Below, in pieces: positions 18,110-28,943 of a DNA stretch of 64,000 bases. The position numbers and the translations under genes were made by a program. The notes under the pieces were generated by a model. The model saw only the letters and a program-made list of their open reading frames with translations, was not told the origin of the DNA and ran no database searches. Numbering within the stretch: the first letter of the stretch is position 1; the number at the start of each line of letters is the position of its first letter. The DNA is from an uncultured Acidimicrobiia bacterium (GTDB lineage: Bacteria > Acidobacteriota > Terriglobia > Versatilivoradales > Versatilivoraceae), in NCBI GenBank assembly GCA_963786955.1, contig CAWBAT010000008.1, positions 480,001 to 544,000 on the forward strand, read 5' to 3'.

Positions 18110-20402
18110 ATGGCAGGAAAGTCTGGGATAGACGTCGATTGCCACTCCAACCGAATCACAAAAGCGACAACATTAATAATGTCAGACGTACTTTTGGGGT
18201 TGGGGGCCTTACTGTTAGTCTGTGTACCTCCAGCATGGACAGTCGCCTCAGGCGCGGCAGCCGGTAAGTGTTGTTGTGGGAAGCGGCGCGCCGGAAATGG
18301 AGCAATTTGCAGCCTCCGAACTCTGCCACTACCTGGAGAAGCTCTTCGGCATCAGAATCCAGCCAACCACTACCCCGCCGAATTCCTCAGGGGTGCTCCT
18401 CCTTGTGGGCGGGCCCGAAAGCAACCTAGCGGTAAAGCAGGCAACGGCGAGGGAGCCATTTCCCAAAGTTACGGACCAAGGCATCGTGCTGCTGCACACG
18501 AAACTGGGAAAGCAACCGGCACTCATTGTAGGCGGCGGAAGCCCACGCGCGACACTGTGGGCGGTGTATGAATTAGTGGAGCGATGGGGAGTCCGTTACC
18601 TCGTGGACCGCGACGTATTCCCTGAACGTGTAGGCCAGTTCAAATTACCGGAATTGGATGTAGTGATGGAGCCTTTACTGCGAGTAAGGGCCCACCCAAC
18701 GCTTCAAGACTTTGCTTCCAGCGGTGAGTCGTGGGGCATCGCACATTTTAGTCCCTTGATTGACCAACTGGCCAAACTCAAGTTCACCCGAATGAACATC
18801 TATCCCTTTGGATGGCAACCGTTCCTCGACTATGAACTCCACGGAATCAAACGACACTCAGCCTGGCTGTGGTACGACTATCATTACCCTATCACGACAG
18901 ATATGCCTGGGCGAGAGCTCTTTGGGAATGCCGCAGAGTTTTGGAATCCTGATCTGCCGCTGAATGGGAGCTACGAGGAATTAGTGAAGGCAGGCCAGCG
19001 GCTCGTGCAAGCTTTGATCGACCACGCCAATCGGCGGGGAATGAATGTGGCCATCGGTGCGCCCACGACAGACTTTACGCCTGAGTTTGCGTCCATTCTA
19101 AAGGGAGCGGAGAAGAGCGGTTTGCGGACCGGGCGAACCATCGTGCCTGGCGCCAAGACTCCAGTGGACGATCCTCAATTGGAGGAGTTAGCGCTTACGA
19201 CGTTGCGCGCCACGATCAACACCTACCCTGGAGCCGAATACGTAACGGTATGGATGCCCGAGGTTCGTCAGTGGACCGGTGAGTATGAGCGAGCGTGGCA
19301 AGCACTGGACTCAAAATACGGGATTAACAAGATTCGGTCCCTGGAGGAGGTAATTGCTGCCGCCGAAAGGCGCAAGGGATCTGAAGTTCCGGTGCAGCGA
19401 GTCCTGAACGAGGTTAAAGGAGATATTACGAGTCTTTACTTTTACGACCGTCTGCTGGGAGGATCCAAAGCAATCGAGTACTTCCGTCGACCGAATCTCA
19501 AATTCATGTATTGGGGAGTATCAGAAGAATTGTTCCCCATTCTAGACCGCATCCTACCGCAAGGTTGGGAAATTGGGGTCATGCCGTCGAACCAACCAAG
19601 CCACCTTCTGGAGCGAATTGAGATATTGAAGGATCTGCCCTCTCAGAATCCAGGTGTGCTTGATCTGACCCTTGACGATGACAACATCGGTATTGTGCCT
19701 CAATTGACGACCAATTCACTTTACCAAATCGTCCAGGTGTTAAAGCGGAATGGCTGGGCTGGATTTGTAGCGCGCGAGCGTTTTCCGGGTGATCATGATT
19801 GGCCTTTGGCCTACCTGGCGAAAGCGGCTTGGGATCCGAATGCGAATCCCGACGCAGTAGGCCTTGACCTCTTTAGCGTTGTGTGCGGGACGCAGTGTGC
19901 AGAAAATATCATGACTGCGTTTCATGAAATCGAGTGTGTCACGACCTATTTGGGTGACAGCAATATGAATTTTTCGAAGGAAAGACGAGGAACTCTGATG
20001 AAGTACTGGAGACCTGGGCCGGTTCCCGCTTATTTAGCGGCAGTCAAGAATGGCTACCAACGGGCATTAGTTGCGGCAGAAAGGGCTCGGGAGAAAGCGA
20101 TACCGGGGGGGCGTGCTTACGTGGATTTCTGGGTAGGACGTTTGGAGTTTGCAGCGAGATACGCAGAGACAGTGCAGGAAGTCCACTATGGCGGAGCAGC
20201 AGAAATGGCTAATGACTATCGTGGAGCGTTGCATTATGCGGAACGAGCGAACGGTTCTCTGCGTCAAGGGCTGGAGGCCTATGCCAGGGTTGCTCGGACC
20301 CAAACAGACCGAGGCGCAATTGCCATGATCGATGAATTCGGTTACCGTCGATTGAACGCCAAGATTGCTGAATTGACCGAATTGGTCCAAGACTCGCAGT
20401 AG
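18110..20402 (+). CDS. Exported glycoside-hydrolase-like protein (GH20/GH67-type N-terminal domain plus TIM barrel); one frameshift near 18255
   Basis: RBS ggag + ATG 18110 gives a signal-peptide-like stretch (LLGLGALLLVCVPPAWTVA). The body (EQFAASEL..YLEK, GGGSPRATLWAVYELVE) is in the +1 frame. Full-length paralog of 21477..23720. Confidence 0.68.
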
Positions 20403-20463
20403 GAAAACGACTCGGAGTTGTTGACAACCATTGCCACCAGCGCCGAAATAGAGAGGTGCCGGC

Positions 20464-21291
20464 TTGAATCGGAGACAGTGCCTTGGTCTTGTTACGGGCG
20501 CAATGCTTGCTGCAAGGAAAGGATCTGACATGGCAGAGGCTGCAGTGCCACCCGGCAAGCTGCAAATGCGGACAGTGGGGCGCCAGACGCTGGGTTTCGA
20601 GCTGCCGCAACTTCCCGGTCAGGAATTTAGAATCGCTATCCCGGAATTGATTTCTGACAAGACGCAAGCAATCCTACCGTGGGGTTTCGCTTCGCCTGAT
20701 TTTAGGATCATGAAGAATTTGGCTCAGCTGGACATCGAGGTTTCAAATAAGCTCCGAATGGAAGCGAAGATCAGTTTTTTGGGCGACCGGATTGAAGCGC
20801 GTGTCCGGGCCACGAATCTTTCAGCTCGAGCTTGGGATGAACTCAATGCCTTCACTTGCTTTGCGTGTTACAAAGCCCCCTCCTTTCATGATCCTCAGTT
20901 GGTTCGGACCTACTTTCCCGTGGAAGGGAGGTGGAAGGCTGTTGCAGAGCTTTTTGCCGAGCAAAATCCGGGAAGCGATCCTTACACATTTTTTTCTGTT
21001 ACCGGCGGTCCTCAGCTGGAAGAGCTTTGGGCATGCCGGGAAATCCGGCAACGCCATCCCCAGTCCGCTTCAGGAGGCTGCGCATGCCTTGTCTCGACGG
21101 ATGGGAAGTGGATCGCTGGTATAACCACACAGAAACCTGCATTTCTTTTTAACAATCGGCAACTGAGCTGCATTCATGCAGACCCTTTGATGGGAAGGGT
21201 TTCTCCTGGTGAGACCAGTGAGGGACTCAGTACGATCTTCATTTTCCCGGGGACGAAAGAAGACTTCACGAAACGCTGTCACACAGCCTAG
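20464..21291 (+). CDS. Hypothetical beta-rich protein with Tat-like signal
   Basis: 275 aa ORF in operon context. N-terminus MNRRQCLGL; C-terminal SCIHADP motif. No family recognised. Confidence 0.7.
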   Translation: MNRRQCLGLVTGAMLAARKGSDMAEAAVPPGKLQMRTVGRQTLGFELPQLPGQEFRIAIPELISDKTQAILPWGFASPDFRIMKNLAQLDIEVSNKLRMEAKISFLGDRIEARVRATNLSARAWDELNAFTCFACYKAPSFHDPQLVRTYFPVEGRWKAVAELFAEQNPGSDPYTFFSVTGGPQLEELWACREIRQRHPQSASGGCACLVSTDGKWIAGITTQKPAFLFNNRQLSCIHADPLMGRVSPGETSEGLSTIFIFPGTKEDFTKRCHTA

Positions 21292-21476
21292 CCGTCACGG
21301 CGAGTTCTTAGTTTCGCGGCTATTCGGGAGCCCGAGTCACAGAGAGAGGTGCAAGCAGCTCTGACAGAAATTTTTCGTGGCTTGAAAACTGACGTTCGGA
21401 TCGCGCCGATCTCTCCCAATGTGGGTGCTATACCAGCAACCAACGAGTATCGCCGAGTTGATAAAGGAGAAATTCA

Positions 21477-23720
21477 TTGAGTCACTACAAAAGGGTCCAG
21501 TACTTTATTCTTATGACCATCTGGATGGTTTGTATATCCGCACAAGCGGCGCCGCGGACCGAGGTCATCATAGGTGCATCGGCGCCGGACCTGGAGCGGT
21601 TTGCAGCCAGTGAACTGTGTGACTACTTGGTGAAACTGTACGGACTTCAGACCCACCCGAGGCAGAGCATGTCACCGTCTGCTGAGGCGGTTTTTCTGAT
21701 TGGCAGTCCTGAGACGAATGCGGCAGTGAAGCGGGCGACCGCGGAGCAGGGTTTCCCGAGGGTGACAGATCAAGGCATCGTGCTGCGGCGGACGAAGTTG
21801 GAAGGCCGTCCCGCGTTGATCGTCGGTGGAGGAAGTCCGCGAGCGACGCTTTGGGCAATGTACGAACTGGTGGAGCGTTGGGGGGTGCGCTACCTGACCG
21901 ACCGTGATGTCCTGCCGGAGAAGGTGGGAGAGTGCAGAGTCCCGGATCTGGATGTGGTAATGGAGCCGATCTTCCGTATTCGAGCTCACCCATCAATCCA
22001 GGATTTCGCGCCCAGCGGGGAAGCCTGGGGCATGGCGGACTTTCGCGTTTTGATCGACCAACTCGCCAAACTCAAGTTCACCCGCATGAATATATACACT
22101 TTCATGTACCAGCCCTACCTGCAATGGGAGTACAAGGGCATCAAGCGACGTTCCGCGTGGCTCTGGTACGATTATCACTATCCGATCACGCCGGACATGG
22201 TGGGGAGAGAACTGTTTGAGAATGCGGCGGAGTTCTGGAATCCCGACCTGCCGCTCAAGAGTAGTTACGAGCAGTTAATGGCAGCGGGCGAGCGGCAGGT
22301 GCACAACCTCATCGAGTATGCCCACCGGCGGGGGATGGAGTGTGACGTCAGTGCTTCCACTAACGATTTTCCTCCGGAATTTGCGCCGCTGCTGAAAGGA
22401 GCAGAGAAATCACAGCTCGCCGCCCGACCAGGCAAGAACACCCCGGTGGACGACCCGGAGGTCTTTGAATTATCTGCCGCAATCCTTCGCGCAACGGTCA
22501 ACACGTACCCGGAGGCAGACCGCGTGGCTGTGGCGATGCCGGAAGCAAAACAGTGGCTGGGTGAGTATGAACGCGCTTGGCGGGCGCTTGACGCCAAGTA
22601 CGGGATCAGCAAGGTACGCTCTCTTCCGGAGGTCACGGCGGCGGCGGGGCATCGCAAGGGATCGGGGCGCTGGCCGGGGGATCTCGGAGTGGAGCAGGTA
22701 AAAGCCGATCTCACTTCTCTCTATTTCTACGATCGCTTGCTGAATGATCCGAAAATTCTGCAGGACACCCTGCGCCCGGACATTAAGTTTATATACGGTG
22801 AACCTGCCGAGGAACTGTTCCCCATCCTAGACCGGATTCTTCCGAGTGGATCAGAAGTCGGAATCCACCCTGAGAATCAACCCGAGCACTTCCTACCGCG
22901 CGCGGAGATCCTCTCTACTCTAAATACAAAGAAGGTCCCCGGTTTCATGCATGTGACGCTTGACGACGACGTGGTCGGCCTGGTCCCGCAACTTCGGCCG
23001 ACCGTGCTGCACAAGGTCATTCAAGTGTTGCATCGCTATGGTTGGACCGGATTTGTGGCCCGGGAGCGTTTTCCGGGTGATCATGACGCCGTTTTGGCGT
23101 ACTTGTCCCGGGCGGCGTGGGACCAGAATGCAACGCCGGATGCTGTGACGCGCGACCTGATCCGAGCGGTTTGCGGGGAGGGATCTGTGGAGGACATGGT
23201 TGCTGCGCTCAATCTTGTGGAATCGGCAACCCTGACTTTGGCGACCGGCAGGGCCGAAGGCCCCGTAGCTGAGGGTGCCGTCTGGTCGCGGCGTCTCGAT
23301 GTTCCTTTTGCATTCTATGTGCCGGGGATGATGATGAAGTTCTGGAAGTCGCGGCCGATTCCGGCTTATCTGTCGAGCGTGCAGCGTGACTACGGGCAGG
23401 CGCTGGAGGCGGCCCGTCGGGCCGCGGCAAAGGCAAAACCGGAAGGACAATGGTATCCCGACTTCTGGGTGGGGCGGATCGAGTTTGCCCTCGGTTATGC
23501 GAACGCGGTTGAAGCCTTGTACCGGGGTGCAACGGCGGAGGCCGCCAAGAAACCGGGCGAGGCCCGGAGTGAGGTGGAGCAAGCCCTGTCGTCGCTGCGT
23601 GGCGGACTGGAAGCGTATGCCCGCGTGGCTCGCAACCGGACGGACTTGGGAGCCATAGCGGTAGTGAACGAATATGGGATTCGGGCATTTAAAGCTAAGA
23701 TTGCCGAATTGGGCAAGTGA
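21477..23720 (+). CDS. Exported glycoside-hydrolase-like protein (GH20/GH67-type N-terminal domain plus TIM barrel)
   Basis: RBS aaaggaga + TTG. Sec signal ending AQA. ERFAASEL and GGGSPRATLWAMYELVERWGVRY motifs. Confidence 0.72.
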   Translation: MSHYKRVQYFILMTIWMVCISAQAAPRTEVIIGASAPDLERFAASELCDYLVKLYGLQTHPRQSMSPSAEAVFLIGSPETNAAVKRATAEQGFPRVTDQGIVLRRTKLEGRPALIVGGGSPRATLWAMYELVERWGVRYLTDRDVLPEKVGECRVPDLDVVMEPIFRIRAHPSIQDFAPSGEAWGMADFRVLIDQLAKLKFTRMNIYTFMYQPYLQWEYKGIKRRSAWLWYDYHYPITPDMVGRELFENAAEFWNPDLPLKSSYEQLMAAGERQVHNLIEYAHRRGMECDVSASTNDFPPEFAPLLKGAEKSQLAARPGKNTPVDDPEVFELSAAILRATVNTYPEADRVAVAMPEAKQWLGEYERAWRALDAKYGISKVRSLPEVTAAAGHRKGSGRWPGDLGVEQVKADLTSLYFYDRLLNDPKILQDTLRPDIKFIYGEPAEELFPILDRILPSGSEVGIHPENQPEHFLPRAEILSTLNTKKVPGFMHVTLDDDVVGLVPQLRPTVLHKVIQVLHRYGWTGFVARERFPGDHDAVLAYLSRAAWDQNATPDAVTRDLIRAVCGEGSVEDMVAALNLVESATLTLATGRAEGPVAEGAVWSRRLDVPFAFYVPGMMMKFWKSRPIPAYLSSVQRDYGQALEAARRAAAKAKPEGQWYPDFWVGRIEFALGYANAVEALYRGATAEAAKKPGEARSEVEQALSSLRGGLEAYARVARNRTDLGAIAVVNEYGIRAFKAKIAELGK

Positions 23721-23788
23721 GGAAGAGGGAAACACTTACGGCAAGTTGATTTCGTATCGGGCTTCAAAATTCGGGAGGGAACAATACT

Positions 23789-24949
23789 ATGAAGATCACA
23801 AAGGTTAGCGCGCACGCGGTAGGAGTCGTCATCCCTAGACCTGGAGGTCCCGCCCCGCGAAGGAACTGGATCTTTGTGCGAGTGGAGACCGACGAAGGCC
23901 TCGTAGGGCTGGGGGAGGCGACCACTGAAAACTACGAACACGCGGTCCTCGGCATGGTGAATGACCAGTTTGGCCCTTACCTGGTTGGAAAGGACCCGAC
24001 AAAGATCACGCGCGCTTGGCAGGAGATGCAGCGGCTCTTCTGGTGGCGTGGTGGCGTGGTCGGTTCCAGCGCAGCCAGCGGCATCGAACAGGCGCTCTGG
24101 GACATCACCGGGAAAGCTTACGGTCAGCCGGTTTACAAACTGTTGGGGGGGGCTGTCCGCGATCGAGTGAGGGTCTATGTCCGCAACGACCTGGGATTGC
24201 CGGATGAGGTCGCCGAGATCAAGGCGGCGGCTCAGGAAGGCTTTACTGGATTCAAGACTGGCCTCGGAAAATATTACGATCCGTACGATGAGAACAAACA
24301 AGTCGACCGGGCGATAGAGTTGTATCATAAGCTCAGAGAGGCCGCGGGACCCGACTTCGACTTAATGGTCGATTGCTTGGGCAATTTCTCTCTGCAGGCT
24401 GCGTCGCGACTTATCCAGGGTATCCGCGACTTGCGCCTGTTGTTCGTGGAGGAACCGGTGAATGTGGACAATCCCCGCAACTTTGTGGCGCTGCGGCGGA
24501 CCTTCCCTGACGTCCGAATCGCGGCGGGCGAACGCCTGTATACCCGCTGGGGAGTTCGCGAGTGGCTGGAAACGGGAGCAGTCGACGTCCTTCAGGTTGA
24601 CATCACCCACTGCGGCGGTATCGGTGAATTGATGCGAATCGCAGCCTTCGCTGAGGTGTACAACGTAATGGTCGCTCCGCACAACCCTTATGGCCCTGTC
24701 GCGCTGGCCGCAAACCTTCATGCCTGTGCGGCCATGCCGAACTTTCTGATCCTGGAGCACTGGCGCTATCACTCCTTGTTCAATGAAGTTCAACAATTTG
24801 GTCCTCAGGTGGAGGGCGGCTGCGTGCATCTGAGCGATCGACCCGGACTCGGGGTTGAACTCAACTGGGACTATGTTGCCAAGCATCCATTTAAGACGCT
24901 TCCTCTTTACGACTTTAAAGAACGCGATGGGGGTATGGCGCTTGTTTAA
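23789..24949 (+). CDS. Mandelate racemase/muconate lactonizing family acid-sugar dehydratase (DgoD-like)
   Basis: RVETDEGLVGLGE, SGIEQALWDI.GK and LLGG motifs; metal ligands D/EEP/GE; APHNP. Confidence 0.9.
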   Translation: MKITKVSAHAVGVVIPRPGGPAPRRNWIFVRVETDEGLVGLGEATTENYEHAVLGMVNDQFGPYLVGKDPTKITRAWQEMQRLFWWRGGVVGSSAASGIEQALWDITGKAYGQPVYKLLGGAVRDRVRVYVRNDLGLPDEVAEIKAAAQEGFTGFKTGLGKYYDPYDENKQVDRAIELYHKLREAAGPDFDLMVDCLGNFSLQAASRLIQGIRDLRLLFVEEPVNVDNPRNFVALRRTFPDVRIAAGERLYTRWGVREWLETGAVDVLQVDITHCGGIGELMRIAAFAEVYNVMVAPHNPYGPVALAANLHACAAMPNFLILEHWRYHSLFNEVQQFGPQVEGGCVHLSDRPGLGVELNWDYVAKHPFKTLPLYDFKERDGGMALV

Positions 24950-26033
24950 GCATCTTCGAACAGTATCCCGCCGGAAGTTTGCCAAGGCAATGGCTAGCTT
25001 CGTCGTTGGCATGGGTTCAATTTCAAAACCTTTCCAGGCTAATTCGAAGAGTCTTCTCGCCAGCCAGGCAAGCTTGCTTGGTTCCGGCGACAGCAGCGCT
25101 GCGTCGGAGACTAATAAACCGGACAAAGGAGGGGGAATGAAAGCGCTTATGAATAGGGACACGATGGAGCCCTATGACCTCAGGCAGGTCGTCTACATCC
25201 ATGATGTCGATCACAATGAATCGCTTTCAGTAGGCCCAAAGGGAGAGGCTTACACCTGCGGTTTCAACACGGGCCGGGTGTTTAGGCTGGATCTCGCGAC
25301 CAACACGGGTCAGGCATTCGCATCTACCGGGGGGCGCCGGGTGCTGGGACAGGTGGTGGACGCAGATGGGAACCTTTACTGCGCCGAGCCGGAGAGCCCA
25401 GGCAGCAAGATCATTCGCATAGCGCCAGATGGGGGAAAGAGCGTGTACTGCACAGGTCCTCACGGCGGGAGTTTCATGTCGGCAAACACGCCCGCGTTCG
25501 ATCGCCACGGCAACATGTATCTCTCCGATACGGGCAGCTGGTCGCGAGAGATCGACGGTCATATTTACAAAATTCCACCCGGAGGCGGAGATGCCCATTT
25601 ATGGTTTCCGGAGCCGGTCGACACACCGAACGGAATCGCCATTGATGGTGGGGAGGAATACATCTACTTCGTGGAGACCTGGGGCCATAGCATCGCTCGA
25701 ATTGCCATCAAAAAGGACGGCTCGGCGGGACACTTCGAACGAATGGTCCACATGCCGCGACACGTGCCTGACGGGATCGCCTTTGATGAGCAGGGACGCT
25801 TGTGGATTGCCTGCGACCGTCCGGATGCCATTTACGTTTTCGACATCAGTAGCCGGAGACTTGAAGTGTTTGCCGAAGATTGGCAAGGCGGAGCGCTAAG
25901 AGGAGCCGATCATGTCGCATTTGCTGGGTCTCAACGTGACATTTTATTGGCTTCGTCGGTCGACCGGCCGAGAGTCCACCGCTTCGATCATCCTGGTGTT
26001 CGGGGTTTGAGACTCAACAATCCTAAACTCTGA
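24942..26033 (+). CDS. SMP-30/gluconolactonase family protein with Tat-like leader; alternative internal start at 25137
   Basis: E, N, PNG and PDG metal-site motifs (HNESL, SANTP, TPNGI, VPDGI). SRRKF twin-arginine motif. Start uncertain (24927, 24942 or 25137). Confidence 0.85.
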   Translation: MFKHLRTVSRRKFAKAMASFVVGMGSISKPFQANSKSLLASQASLLGSGDSSAASETNKPDKGGGMKALMNRDTMEPYDLRQVVYIHDVDHNESLSVGPKGEAYTCGFNTGRVFRLDLATNTGQAFASTGGRRVLGQVVDADGNLYCAEPESPGSKIIRIAPDGGKSVYCTGPHGGSFMSANTPAFDRHGNMYLSDTGSWSREIDGHIYKIPPGGGDAHLWFPEPVDTPNGIAIDGGEEYIYFVETWGHSIARIAIKKDGSAGHFERMVHMPRHVPDGIAFDEQGRLWIACDRPDAIYVFDISSRRLEVFAEDWQGGALRGADHVAFAGSQRDILLASSVDRPRVHRFDHPGVRGLRLNNPKL

Positions 26034-26060
26034 TTGTCTGCTGGGAGGGAAATACTTCAA

Positions 26061-27104
26061 ATGAGCGACAAGAAACTTCGCTTTGCCATGTTTGGAACGG
26101 GCAACTTCGGCCCGTTCTTTGCCAAATATATCAACGAGGTTGCCGAGCTAGTCGCGATTTGCGATCCTAGCCCGGAAGCAAGGGCTCGTTTTATCGAATC
26201 CACACAACTGAAGGTTCAGGAATTCGAGAAGTACGAGGAGTTGCTCGATACCGTTGAAGTCGACGCAGTCGCATTGACGGGACCGAATCACACTCACAAG
26301 GCCATCGCCATCAAAGCCGCTCAGGCTGGCCGGCATGTATTTTGTGAAAAGGCGATGGCATTGACGGTGCCGGATTGCTGGGAAATGGTGCGTGCCTGCG
26401 AAGCCGCAAACGTCCGCCTCATGGTGGGTCAGAAGCGACGCCTGCGGCCGCCCTGGGCCAGAATGATCCACCTGCGCGACGTGTTGGGTCCCGTCCTGGC
26501 AATCTCAACGGTTGGCTATTTTGCAGGGGACTTTCACGGTTGGTGGACTCGAAAAGCCGAGAGCGGTGGTGTCCTGGATTGCTCTGGGGTTCATGAGCTC
26601 GAATGGATGCGCGCTATGGGTGGAGATGTCGCTGCGGTTAGCGCCATATCAGCTCCTCAAATCGACTCCCGGTATGATTTCGCGGATTCGATTCACGTCT
26701 CGCTTCAGTACCGCTCAGGCGCGATCGGGTTCCTGGGAGTCTCTCTTTCCTACCCGCTAAAGAAGTACCGTGAGGTCTACGGTGCAGACGTGGTTTGCCG
26801 AAATGGCGGGATGCGGCTCGTCTCGTCAATCCAACATGCCGACCTGCATTGGCGGCTTTCCAGTGAGGCAGTGGATCACCAGGAGAGGTTCGAAGAGACG
26901 GGGGGCAATCCTATCGGCGCTGAAGAAGCTCTGCGCAGGGAGATGATCGAGTTCGTACGCTGGGTGACTGACGGAACTCCACCGACCTTGACCTGGGAGC
27001 AAGGGCTTCGATGTGTGGAGATCATTGAATCTGCGCATCGCTCGGCCAAGCAGGGAGGGTCATGGATACAGCTCCCTCTCTATCGAGATCTGGAACCAGC
27101 GTGA
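26061..27104 (+). CDS. Gfo/Idh/MocA family NAD-dependent oxidoreductase (YjhC/NanOx-like features)
   Basis: GTGNFG, PNHTH, HVFCEK and SGGVL...VHELE motifs. RBS gggaggg. Confidence 0.9.
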   Translation: MSDKKLRFAMFGTGNFGPFFAKYINEVAELVAICDPSPEARARFIESTQLKVQEFEKYEELLDTVEVDAVALTGPNHTHKAIAIKAAQAGRHVFCEKAMALTVPDCWEMVRACEAANVRLMVGQKRRLRPPWARMIHLRDVLGPVLAISTVGYFAGDFHGWWTRKAESGGVLDCSGVHELEWMRAMGGDVAAVSAISAPQIDSRYDFADSIHVSLQYRSGAIGFLGVSLSYPLKKYREVYGADVVCRNGGMRLVSSIQHADLHWRLSSEAVDHQERFEETGGNPIGAEEALRREMIEFVRWVTDGTPPTLTWEQGLRCVEIIESAHRSAKQGGSWIQLPLYRDLEPA

Positions 27105-27115
27105 TTCCTATTTGC

Positions 27116-27226
27116 TGGGAGCGCGGGCGTCCCGTCCGCAGTGGCGGCTTTTCAGGCCGCTGGGGGGCAGGCGAGGACGCCTGCACCACAAGGTTGTGGT
27201 GCGGGCCTCTGGCCTGCACAAATGTC
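27116..27226. repeat. REP-like element cluster; 27159..27226 is an inverted copy of 57559..57626
   Basis: Hairpins gcgggcgtcccgtccgc, gcaggcgaggacgcctgc and gcaccacaaggttgtggtgc. The reverse complement matches the repeat after the TonB receptor gene. Confidence 0.8.
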
Positions 27227-27247
27227 AGGAAGAGAAAAGGAGACTTA

Positions 27248-28864
27248 ATGACTGTTGCTGAGATGATCATGACGGCGGCTCGAGACCGGGGCCTACGCCA
27301 CTTCTTTGGAATTCCAGGAGGTGGGGCGCCGCTGGATCTGATTGAGGCCGGGCGCAAGCTAGGTGTGAATTTCGTTAACATGAGTCACGAATCCTCTGCA
27401 GCCATCACTGCGGCTTACTATGGCTCAATGAAAAACACTGCAGGCTTGGCAATGAGCATTCGCGGCGTAGGAGCGGCTAATTTGGCGGGGGGCATTACTA
27501 ATGTCTATTTTGAACGTTTGCCAGTGGTCGCTGTCTGCGAATCTGTCCCGAGTTCGATGGCGCAGGGCGAAAGCGTGCAGCATTGCGATCAGGAGAAGCT
27601 GTTTGAGCGAATTGCGAAATATCAATCGGTTCTCACCCCTGAGGGAGCAGATGGAGTGGTTCAGAAGGCTTTCTTTCAGGCAACTGAGGGTAGACCGGGT
27701 CCTTCGATTCTCCACTTGCCCTCGGACCTGGGTGAAGGGAGCGCCATCATGGCAACTCAGGAGACTGACTTCAGAAGAACCGTTTTTCCAGATGAGAAGG
27801 AATTTGACAGCCTGAGAGACATTCTTAAGAACAGCCATCATCCCGTCATCATCGCGGGCGCTGACCTGCTGCGGGCTGGGGCCGGCAAGGAGCTGTTGGA
27901 ACTTTCCCAAACAATCGAGGCTGCTGTTCTGGTGACCATGGATGCACGCGGAGTATTTCCGGAATCCCATCCACGGTGGGCAGGAGTCTATATGGGATTT
28001 TCTAACCCCAACGTGATCGAGACCAGAGTATTAAACCAAGGTGATGTCGTTTTGCTTGCCGGCGTGGATGCCATGATGACCCACTCTCTCTGGAAGAACA
28101 AACTGCCTACTTGCGAGTTGGCCGCTCGGCCAGACTATTCAACGCTATCGAGTTCTCCGGTAGCCCGACTTAATGGCGACCTCAAGACAATTCTTCAGCG
28201 CCTGTCACTTCATCGGAAGCCTGGTTTCTCGGAATCTGAAATTGAAGCACTACGGAAAGGAATTCTGCAGTATTTCAAGCGGCCGGTCCACGCCCGCTTC
28301 GCTACGCAAGACATTATTGAAATCACCCGAGAGATCCTTCCTGCTGATGGGATTCTCTTCTCTGAAACGGGAGCCTTTGTTTGCATGCTGGAACATCTTT
28401 GGCGAGTTGCAAAGCCAAGGACGTACTTCGGCACGTCCGGCGGAAGGACGATGGGGCTTATGGTCCCGGCAGTTCTTGGTGCTCGTCTCTCTAATTCTGA
28501 GCAGCCAATGGTTGGACTTGGGGCGGATGGAAGCTTGCTAATGCGGCTCGGAGAGCTGGAGGTGTTTGCCAGAACGGGGATTTCGATGCCATTGATCATC
28601 ATCAACGACCAGGCTTTGGGAACAATGAAGTCAAGGCAGAAGTCGAGAAAATTGCCCGATTTTGGTCTCGACCTTCATCCGGTGGACTTCAGCGCGATCG
28701 CCAAAGCATTTGGGCTGCGAGGGGTGACCGTTGACTCTCCAGAAGCATTCCGCCAAGAATTACGTTTGGCCATGCAGGCTGATCGCACGACACTGATTGA
28801 TGCCAGAATTGATCCCGCTGCGTATCACGATAGTTTTGGTCCGACCATTGGCGTACTGAATTAA
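27248..28864 (+). CDS. Thiamine-diphosphate-dependent enzyme (acetolactate synthase-like family)
   Basis: FGIPGG, HE (conserved Glu), GRPGP..L.LP.D and ADGS...IND ThDP motif. RBS aaaggag before ATG 27248. Confidence 0.88.
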   Translation: MTVAEMIMTAARDRGLRHFFGIPGGGAPLDLIEAGRKLGVNFVNMSHESSAAITAAYYGSMKNTAGLAMSIRGVGAANLAGGITNVYFERLPVVAVCESVPSSMAQGESVQHCDQEKLFERIAKYQSVLTPEGADGVVQKAFFQATEGRPGPSILHLPSDLGEGSAIMATQETDFRRTVFPDEKEFDSLRDILKNSHHPVIIAGADLLRAGAGKELLELSQTIEAAVLVTMDARGVFPESHPRWAGVYMGFSNPNVIETRVLNQGDVVLLAGVDAMMTHSLWKNKLPTCELAARPDYSTLSSSPVARLNGDLKTILQRLSLHRKPGFSESEIEALRKGILQYFKRPVHARFATQDIIEITREILPADGILFSETGAFVCMLEHLWRVAKPRTYFGTSGGRTMGLMVPAVLGARLSNSEQPMVGLGADGSLLMRLGELEVFARTGISMPLIIINDQALGTMKSRQKSRKLPDFGLDLHPVDFSAIAKAFGLRGVTVDSPEAFRQELRLAMQADRTTLIDARIDPAAYHDSFGPTIGVLN

Positions 28865-28943
28865 TTGAGCCCACGAGACTTGAGTGACTGTTGTAGGATC
28901 TGGATTGCAGTATCACTGCGCAAAGCAGAAGGAGGAATAGTGT

